Below, one piece after another: positions 7,330 to 12,797 of a stretch of DNA of 13,317 nucleotides (position 1 is its first letter; the number at the start of each line of letters is the position of its first letter). The stretch is taken from the NCBI GenBank assembly GCA_028276785.1, contig JAPYVP010000013.1:1-13317 (forward strand), given 5' to 3'. Origin of the DNA: Candidatus Nanopusillus sp. GTDB taxonomy: Archaea > Nanobdellota > Nanobdellia > Nanobdellales > Nanobdellaceae. The notes under the pieces were generated by a model that was given only the letters and a program-made list of their open reading frames with translations, had not been told where the DNA came from and made no database searches. Position numbers and translations under genes: made by a program.

Positions 7330-7920
7330 ATGAAATTCAACATAAAGTTTATTGCTGGAATACTCTCATTGATTATTTTTATTATAATAATATCAATAAG
7401 TGATAAATCTACTGTTAACTATAAATTAGAAAAAATAAATTTGCAATTATATTCATTAAGTTTATATGGAGATGGATGTTATTTGTATAATGTTACAGAC
7501 GGATATTTCATAATAAAAAATAAAGGACCGGGTATAAATTACATAGTACCATTAGTGGAATATGTTAATACTACTTCATTTATATTTTGTAATCAGACAA
7601 TTCATTATAGTGTAACAGTAGAAGAATGTCCTCCCATTTGGTATCCTTGTAATGTATCATGTACACCTGAAGGAATATGTCCAATGATAAAATGTCCTGA
7701 ATATACATGTTTTAATATGACATATCATATAAATATAACATATCCAATAATAATTGCAAACAATGATATATTTTTATACGATAATAATGTTTATTGTTAT
7801 TCAGAAAATATCTGCAATATAATTTATCAATTACTACCTAGAGAATACCTATACGGTCTAATATATCAACTAATAGTTTCTAGACCCCCAGTCGTTCCAG
7901 TAGTTCCCGTATCTAAATAA
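7330..7920 (+). CDS. Membrane-anchored, cysteine-rich, probably N-glycosylated extracellular protein of unknown function
   Basis: The 196-aa ORF has an N-terminal anchor or signal sequence MKFNIKFIAGILSLIIFIIIISIS. It has 10 Cys, six of them within ECPPIWYPCNVSCTPEGICPMIKCPEYTC. It has 6 N-x-S/T sequons and a Pro/Val C-terminal tail RPPVVPVVPVSK. Confidence 0.55.
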   Translation: MKFNIKFIAGILSLIIFIIIISISDKSTVNYKLEKINLQLYSLSLYGDGCYLYNVTDGYFIIKNKGPGINYIVPLVEYVNTTSFIFCNQTIHYSVTVEECPPIWYPCNVSCTPEGICPMIKCPEYTCFNMTYHINITYPIIIANNDIFLYDNNVYCYSENICNIIYQLLPREYLYGLIYQLIVSRPPVVPVVPVSK

Positions 7921-7933
7921 TCAAATTAATCAC

Positions 7934-8599
7934 ATGAGGCTTGGAGTATTATACTCTGGGGGAAAGGATTCAAATTATTCATTATATATTGCATCAAAAT
8001 ATCATGAGATATCTGTACTGTTAAATATAATTCCAAAAAATAATGAAAGTTATTTATATCATTATATTAATAATAATTTAACTGAATTACAATCAAAAGC
8101 TCTGAATATACCCATAGAAAGATTTTATATAAATAATAATGAAGAAGAAACATTATTTGAAGCGCTAAAATATTTAAAGGAAAAATATAATATTGATGGA
8201 ATTGTTACTGGAGCAATTAGATCCACATATCAAGGATCTAGATTTCAAAGAATATGTAAAAAATTAAATCTATGGTGTTTCAATCCATTGTGGTTAAAGG
8301 ATGAAGAAGAATATTTATATGAATTATTGGAAAATAATTTTCGTTTTATAATTGTTGGATGGTATACATACCCTCTAGATATAAATATTTTAGGAAAAGT
8401 TGTTGATGAAGATATAATAAAAAAATTAATTGAATATAAAGAAAAATATAAAATAAATATTGCAGGGGAAGGTGGAGAATATGAAACCTTTGTTTTATAT
8501 CAACCATTATTTAAGAAAGAGATAATAGTAAAAGATTATGAAATAAAAATAGAAAAAAATTATGCAGAATATATTATAAAAGATGCTTATTTAGAATGA
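7934..8599 (+). CDS. dph6: Diphthine-ammonia ligase (diphthamide synthetase, Dph6/MJ0570 family PP-loop ATP pyrophosphatase)
   Basis: The 221-aa ORF has the PP-loop VLYSGGKDSNYSL at the N-terminus, plus ESYLYH, LQSKALNIP, DGIVTGAIRSTYQ and NIAGEGGEYETFVL. These match, block for block, my recollection of the MJ0570/PH1257 family. The length fits the single-domain archaeal form. Confidence 0.8.
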   Translation: MRLGVLYSGGKDSNYSLYIASKYHEISVLLNIIPKNNESYLYHYINNNLTELQSKALNIPIERFYINNNEEETLFEALKYLKEKYNIDGIVTGAIRSTYQGSRFQRICKKLNLWCFNPLWLKDEEEYLYELLENNFRFIIVGWYTYPLDINILGKVVDEDIIKKLIEYKEKYKINIAGEGGEYETFVLYQPLFKKEIIVKDYEIKIEKNYAEYIIKDAYLE

Positions 8600-9123
8600 T
8601 TGGAATAATTCATACAAATAAAGAAGAATTATCAAAATATGAGTTCTTATATCCAATAGTAAATATCTTAAAAAAATTAAATATTAATTATAAAGTTTTT
8701 TCATATAAAGATAAAATAAATGAATATTTTGAAAAAATAATAATAACAGGTACTGCAATAATGGATTTTGATTATTTAAATTATATAAAAAATTTTGAAT
8801 TTATAATTGAAAAAAATATAAAAACTCTTGCAATATGTTCTGGAAGTCAAGTATTAATAAAATTATTAAATTATGATTTCGAAGATAAAGAATTGATTGG
8901 AAAATATTATGTAAAAATAATAAATAAAGATGAAATAATTGATAAAGATTTTGAAGCATATTTTTTAATAACAAAGATTCCAAAGATTGATGAAAAATTT
9001 TATATAATTGGAAAAGTAGAAAATATCCCAGTATTGTATAAATATAATAATATATATTTTTCATTATTTCATCCAGAAGTTTTAAATAAAAATATAATAA
9101 TTAATTTTCTAAAATATATATAG
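8596..9123 (+). CDS. Class-I glutamine amidotransferase-like protein (divergent, GuaA-subunit-A-like size)
   Basis: The 175-aa ORF starts in an ATGA overlap with the dph6 stop. It has MIGII (first beta strand), IIITGT (equivalent of the SGGP oxyanion region), LAICSGSQVL (nucleophile elbow with Cys) and SLFHPEV (His-Glu of the triad) in the expected order and spacing. Confidence 0.6.
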   Translation: MIGIIHTNKEELSKYEFLYPIVNILKKLNINYKVFSYKDKINEYFEKIIITGTAIMDFDYLNYIKNFEFIIEKNIKTLAICSGSQVLIKLLNYDFEDKELIGKYYVKIINKDEIIDKDFEAYFLITKIPKIDEKFYIIGKVENIPVLYKYNNIYFSLFHPEVLNKNIIINFLKYI

Positions 9124-9173
9124 CCCCTACTAGGGTAACCTTAGATAGATGAAAAAGGTTGAGTTAGTAGGGG
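9124..9173 (+). ncRNA. G+C-rich imperfect hairpin (structured RNA element; H/ACA-like or 3'-end structure)
   Basis: CCCCTACTA (9124-9132) pairs perfectly with TAGTAGGGG (9165-9173). AACCTT (9137-9142) pairs with AAGGTT (9155-9160). There is a 4x4 internal loop GGGT/GAGT and a 12-nt apical loop AGATAGATGAAA. The element starts directly after the GATase stop codon. By hand count, 9124-9202 has 35 G+C in 79 nt, far above the flanks. The strand is uncertain because the stem is self-complementary. Confidence 0.4.
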
Positions 9174-9179
9174 TACAAA

Positions 9180-9227
9180 ATGAAGAAACCGTCCCAGGCT
9201 GAAAAATGATGAATTAAAGCTAACAGA
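9180..9227 (+). ncRNA. Candidate archaeal box C/D sRNA (dual 2'-O-methylation guide)
   Basis: The layout is ATGAAGA (C, 9180-9186), 12 nt, CTGA (D', 9199-9202), AAA, ATGATGA (C', 9206-9212), 11 nt, then CAGA (D, 9224-9227). This is canonical archaeal spacing. The two deviations from consensus are C-box nt 5 and D-box nt 2. No equivalent boxes are found on the minus strand. Confidence 0.5.
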
Positions 9228-9228
9228 T

Positions 9229-9234
9229 AAAAAA
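9229..9234 (-). terminator. T6 run immediately after the stop of the surface-protein gene (archaeal oligo-T terminator candidate)
   Basis: The minus strand reads TAA TTTTTT ATCTGTT directly after the stop at 9235..9237. Oligo-T tracts are the usual archaeal termination signal. This is weak evidence in such AT-rich DNA. Confidence 0.3.
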
Positions 9235-11157
9235 TTATTCTTCAGCCTTTTCTCTTCTCTTTTTACCTCCTCTTCTTGATCTTATTAATACTGCAGCTAT
9301 TATTATTATTGCCAATATTACCAATATCCAGAATATTAATCCAGACAATGGTAATGACATTAAAGGTGCTTGCGATGCAGAATATGTTTCATTCAATGAA
9401 TATAATACTTGTCCTGTCTGTTGGTCTATTATATTTACATATACTGTTACATTATTACTTTCTGCAGTTACATTTAATGGTATTTTTTCAGTATATGTAC
9501 CTCCTATTTGTACTTCTTGTTGTTCTGGGTATACTTTTCCTCCGACAGCATATGCTTGTATTAATAAATTATATACCTTTGTTGTATTTGAACTTATTAT
9601 TAAGTATATTGTTGTATTTTCTTTATATTTTAATGGTACATATCCAACCAATGATGCGCTTAGTAGTTTTGGTTCTATCTTTGTTCCGTTTACATATAAA
9701 TTGTATGTATATGTCTGTGATACTCCATCATAATTAAATACAAATTGCACTGGATAGTAACCTGCTGTTAAATTTTCTGGAATTCTTACTACTACTGATA
9801 ACTGTGTTACTTGATTTGGTGATAATGTTATTGTCGATAACTGCTGGAATATATTTAACTGTTGTGACATTACTACTGGTTGTACTTGTATATTCATTGG
9901 TAAGTTAGATTTTAGATTTACATACAATTCTATAAATTGTCCTGGTTTTACATTAAATGTGTTTGTATATACACTTAATACATTTACTGGTTGTATTTTT
10001 TGTGCATTTATTGTTATTGTATAACTATACTGATATATTCCCACTCCATTTTGATATACATATAGTATAACTTTATAGTATCCTGGTTGTAATCCTATTA
10101 TATTTAATGGCAATATTACTTCTCCTTGGGAATTTGGTGGTATTGTCTGTGAATCTTGTAAATTATATATTAAATTTCCATATTGGTCATATAATAACAT
10201 TTGAACTGATACATTTACTGTTTGATAACCTGGATTCTTCACTAATACTTCTACATTATATATTGAATTTGCTAGATTATTCAATAAATTAAAGTTTGGC
10301 GATACTGAAATTACTTCTATATTTTGTCCATTTTGATTATCTGATATATAAAATGATTGTTCTGCCTGTTGTGTTAATACTTGTCCATTGGATAATACAA
10401 CTGTCAATTGTTCTAATACGTACATTTTTCCTTGCACATTCTTTAAATAATAGCCCGGTATTTTAATAGTTAATAAATTCTCTCCAGGTTGTAGATCTAC
10501 ACTTTTTTGTGTTTGATAAATAATATTTCCACTTGAACTATATAATGTTAATGTTAATGTTGCAGATTGTACATTTGTTCCAACATTTTGTAAGTATACT
10601 ACAGACTGTACATTTATTCCATATTGTTGTGCATATTGTTGTGAGATTACTGTTGGTAACTTTATTAATGATAATGTTAAATTATATGGTACAAATGTTA
10701 AATTATATGTTTGACTTGCTGTTACATACTGTAATCCTGATGGATATAATAATGTTACATTTGCTTGTACTGTAAAATTATATTGCTGTGTTTGACATGT
10801 AGATTGTGTACATGAACTTGTTGAACTATACTGTTTTATTAAATTTTGCAATTCTAAAGGATCCACTGATACTTGATATATATTCATTCCTGTGCAAACC
10901 GATATTTGTTCATAATACTGATATACTAATTGCCCATTTGGTGCATATATATTGAAATACAGATATGCTTGTTGTGGTTCTTGTTTTATTCCATACAATT
11001 TTACTATAAATGTTAAATTATTCAATGTATTTGCTAATAATGTTGACGTTTGTGGTTCTATTATTAATTGTTGTGAATATACTCCCAATCCTAATAATAT
11101 TACTCCTATTAAAAAACTAAACAATCTTCTTATTGTTACTACTACTCTGTTATCCAT
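9235..11157 (-). CDS. Large surface-anchored (S-layer-like or adhesin-like) glycoprotein with tandem CARDB/Ig-like beta-sandwich domains
   Basis: The 640-aa ORF has an N-terminal signal peptide (RRLFSFLIGVILLGLGVYS/QQ). It has a C-terminal TM helix plus a basic tail (LIFWILVILAIIIIAAVLIRSRRGGKKRREKAEE). I count 13 N-x-S/T sequons. It has a recurring domain pattern, for example SVVYLQNVGTNVQSATLTLTLYSSSGNIIYQ...PGYYL and NVEVLVKNPGYQTVNVSVQMLLYDQYGNLIYN...PGYYKV. It is rich in Q/T/V/Y/N and poor in charged residues. Confidence 0.7.
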   Translation of the reverse strand: MDNRVVVTIRRLFSFLIGVILLGLGVYSQQLIIEPQTSTLLANTLNNLTFIVKLYGIKQEPQQAYLYFNIYAPNGQLVYQYYEQISVCTGMNIYQVSVDPLELQNLIKQYSSTSSCTQSTCQTQQYNFTVQANVTLLYPSGLQYVTASQTYNLTFVPYNLTLSLIKLPTVISQQYAQQYGINVQSVVYLQNVGTNVQSATLTLTLYSSSGNIIYQTQKSVDLQPGENLLTIKIPGYYLKNVQGKMYVLEQLTVVLSNGQVLTQQAEQSFYISDNQNGQNIEVISVSPNFNLLNNLANSIYNVEVLVKNPGYQTVNVSVQMLLYDQYGNLIYNLQDSQTIPPNSQGEVILPLNIIGLQPGYYKVILYVYQNGVGIYQYSYTITINAQKIQPVNVLSVYTNTFNVKPGQFIELYVNLKSNLPMNIQVQPVVMSQQLNIFQQLSTITLSPNQVTQLSVVVRIPENLTAGYYPVQFVFNYDGVSQTYTYNLYVNGTKIEPKLLSASLVGYVPLKYKENTTIYLIISSNTTKVYNLLIQAYAVGGKVYPEQQEVQIGGTYTEKIPLNVTAESNNVTVYVNIIDQQTGQVLYSLNETYSASQAPLMSLPLSGLIFWILVILAIIIIAAVLIRSRRGGKKRREKAEE

Positions 11158-11179
11158 AATTTAATTTATGATAGAAAAA

Positions 11180-11187
11180 TTTATAAA
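11180..11187 (-). promoter_or_regulatory. TATA-box-like palindromic TTTATAAA for the surface-protein gene
   Basis: It lies 22 nt upstream of the ATG at 11157, in the 35-nt gap after the NFACT-R gene stop. This is the same box and spacing as at 242-249 and 12790-12797. Confidence 0.4.
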
Positions 11188-11192
11188 AGTTA

Positions 11193-11957
11193 TTACTTTG
11201 TAGATAATATATCACTATCACCAGGAAGATATCCTAATATAATATTGTAATCAACTTTAAAAATATTTTCCAACTGTTTTGCAATATCTATTGGTTTTTT
11301 ATTTCCAGGGATTAATATAACATATCTTTTATATTTATCCTTTATACTTTCAGGTACTCCTGGGATAATATTATAATCTTCAAATGCCAATGCAATTTCT
11401 AAATTTACTTTTATATAATTTTTTTCTCCATATATCATAAAAGAACCTTTTTTTAAATACATACCAGAAGGTGCCTTTTTCGATACTTGATCTGGGTATA
11501 CATAATATACATCTATAGAAGATAATTTATTTTTCCATGCTCTAGAATATGATCCAACAAATTTCGCAGCTTCATATATATCTATTTCACTCGCATTTCT
11601 TCCATTTTTTAATATACCAAAGGGGGACCCTACAATATCTGCATGAAATACTAAATCATTTTTTTCTAAATACTTATTTATAATGATTTCATTTGTAATA
11701 GAATCTTTTCCAGCAATTAACAGAAAATTATTTGTTGTAAACATCCATCTAAATTTCTCGTACCATTTTTTGTTTCTCTTAATTTCTTCTTTCTTTTTTT
11801 CAATAAATATTTTTTCCTCAATGTTATTTAATTTTTCTTCTAATTCTTTTATCAAATTTTCTATTTTCTGTTTTTTATTTTTTAATTCTTTTATTTTTTC
11901 ATATATTTCATTTATATTTTCATATATACTTTTTCTAGTATCAATTTTTATTTCCAT
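11193..11957 (-). CDS. NFACT-R (DUF814) domain protein: the C-terminal coiled-coil plus NFACT-R portion of an Rqc2/NEMF/FbpA-type ribosome quality control factor, lacking NFACT-N
   Basis: The 254-aa ORF has a Lys/Glu-rich coiled coil (residues about 10-62). This is followed by KKWYEKFRWMFTTNNFLLIAGKDSITNEIIINKYLEKNDLVFHADIVGSPFGILKNG. That stretch matches the hallmark W(F/Y)EKFRW...GRDA.QNE...KY....D...HAD..G block of NFACT-R as I recall it. Confidence 0.75.
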   Translation of the reverse strand: MEIKIDTRKSIYENINEIYEKIKELKNKKQKIENLIKELEEKLNNIEEKIFIEKKKEEIKRNKKWYEKFRWMFTTNNFLLIAGKDSITNEIIINKYLEKNDLVFHADIVGSPFGILKNGRNASEIDIYEAAKFVGSYSRAWKNKLSSIDVYYVYPDQVSKKAPSGMYLKKGSFMIYGEKNYIKVNLEIALAFEDYNIIPGVPESIKDKYKRYVILIPGNKKPIDIAKQLENIFKVDYNIILGYLPGDSDILSTK

Positions 11958-12768
11958 TTTTCCAGCAAATATTATAAAATGCGCATTTTTTACATTTTTC
12001 AGAGAATTTCTTTCCAGGATCTTCTTTTTTATCTATCATATCAATTATTTTATCTTTTATATCAAGTATTTTCTTTATTTCATTATTATTTCTAAACTCT
12101 ATTTCTATTTTGTGATTATCCTTTGCATATAATAATATACCTTTCCTTATATCATAATTTGGGAATTCATCCTTTAGTAATAAATAATATGAATATAATT
12201 GTGTAATATGTTCCCTTCTAAAAAATCCAGATTTTATTTCATAAGGTATTATATGCTTTTTATATATTTCTAATCTATCTATCCTCCCAACTATATTATA
12301 TTTTAAAGATGTAACATCAAGTTCTGTCTTTATTTTTGGTTCTAAGAATTCCCATAATTCTATTCCATATAAATCATTATCTTTCATAAAATTAAATACA
12401 TTTTTTGCCCTATCTTCTATATCCTTTATTACATAACCATATGCCTTTATTTTTATATCGTTTTTATCCAAATTTAAATTTTTTATTTGTTCTTCAAATT
12501 CTTTTATAGATTCTTCCAACAATTTTATTAAAAAACTATTATATAAATTTAATATTTTTTCATATTCAACAAACTCTTTTATATTAAATATTATTTCTTT
12601 CTCTTTCTCATTTATTTTATCAAATAAAGAATGAACAATTGATCCAAATATTTTTTGTTCAGTATCTTCTTCAGAATATCCTAAAACTCTTTTTAGATAA
12701 ACTTTTCTAGGACAAAAAATATAATCTGTTATATCTGTTACTCTAACAAAAATATCATTTAATTCCAC
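11941..12768 (-). CDS. Cas4-like PD-(D/E)xK nuclease with a 4-Cys Fe-S cluster motif (DUF83/RecB-like); stand-alone, GTG start
   Basis: The 275-aa ORF has an N-terminal YIFCPRKVYL (first cluster Cys), then GSIVHSLF. It has the nuclease core GRIDRLE ... PYEIKSG (D...ExK) and QLYSYYLLL (QxxxY). It has the C-terminal CKKCAFYNIC (CxxCx5C). The start codon is GTG at 12768..12766, with a stop two codons upstream, so there is no ATG alternative. Its 3' end overlaps the next gene by 17 nt. Confidence 0.75.
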   Translation of the reverse strand: MELNDIFVRVTDITDYIFCPRKVYLKRVLGYSEEDTEQKIFGSIVHSLFDKINEKEKEIIFNIKEFVEYEKILNLYNSFLIKLLEESIKEFEEQIKNLNLDKNDIKIKAYGYVIKDIEDRAKNVFNFMKDNDLYGIELWEFLEPKIKTELDVTSLKYNIVGRIDRLEIYKKHIIPYEIKSGFFRREHITQLYSYYLLLKDEFPNYDIRKGILLYAKDNHKIEIEFRNNNEIKKILDIKDKIIDMIDKKEDPGKKFSEKCKKCAFYNICWKNGNKN

Positions 12769-12789
12769 GCTCTATTTATGTTTTTAATA

Positions 12790-12797
12790 TTTATAAA
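12790..12797. promoter_or_regulatory. Palindromic TATA-box-like TTTATAAA centred between the divergent Cas4-like and ferredoxin genes
   Basis: The intergenic region 12769..12819 is 51 nt. The box lies 21 nt from the GTG (12768) and 22 nt from the ATG (12820). Its centre (12793.5) is essentially the midpoint (12794). Confidence 0.45.

Noticed and set aside
8596-9123. Calling the GATase simply guaA subunit A (GMP synthase).
   Set aside because: The motifs only support class-I GATase membership. The ORF is coupled to dph6 rather than to a GuaAB-type ATP-pyrophosphatase, so a specific guaAA label is not justified from the sequence alone. It is kept as the main alternative hypothesis in the corresponding finding.
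9149-9202. A 17-codon ORF (MKKVELVGVQNEETVPG*) lies inside the G+C-rich intergenic island.
   Set aside because: Its start codon lies in the apical loop of the hairpin and its stop is the D' box CTGA. The region is better explained by RNA structure and box motifs, and there is no promoter or SD context. It is too short to support without conservation data.
9123-9234. A possible tRNA or split-tRNA half (as known from Nanoarchaeota) in the G+C-rich island.
   Set aside because: I tried to thread GCCCCTACTAGGGTAACC... as acceptor stem plus D-arm. There is no U at position 8, no GG D-loop context and no GTTC(G/A)A T-loop anywhere in the region. The 9-bp stem with a 6-bp upper stem does not fit a cloverleaf or a half-tRNA.
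9276-11164. Four plus-strand ORFs (9276-9737, 10107-10292, 10533-10775, 10952-11164) lie antisense to the surface-protein gene.
   Set aside because: All lie entirely inside the 640-aa minus-strand gene, which has a coherent signal peptide, repeat domains and an anchor. Their translations are low-complexity Leu/Ile/His/Met strings with no motifs. They arise because the sense strand rarely uses codons whose complements are stops. I treat them as shadow ORFs.
11941-11957. Programmed frameshift fusing the Cas4-like and NFACT-R ORFs through their 17-nt overlap.
   Set aside because: The downstream frame is +1 (not -1) relative to the nuclease frame. The overlap (TGGAAAAATGGAAATAAAAATTGA) has no canonical X XXY YYZ slippery heptamer in the right register, and a normal ATG is present. 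Termination-reinitiation coupling is the simpler explanation.
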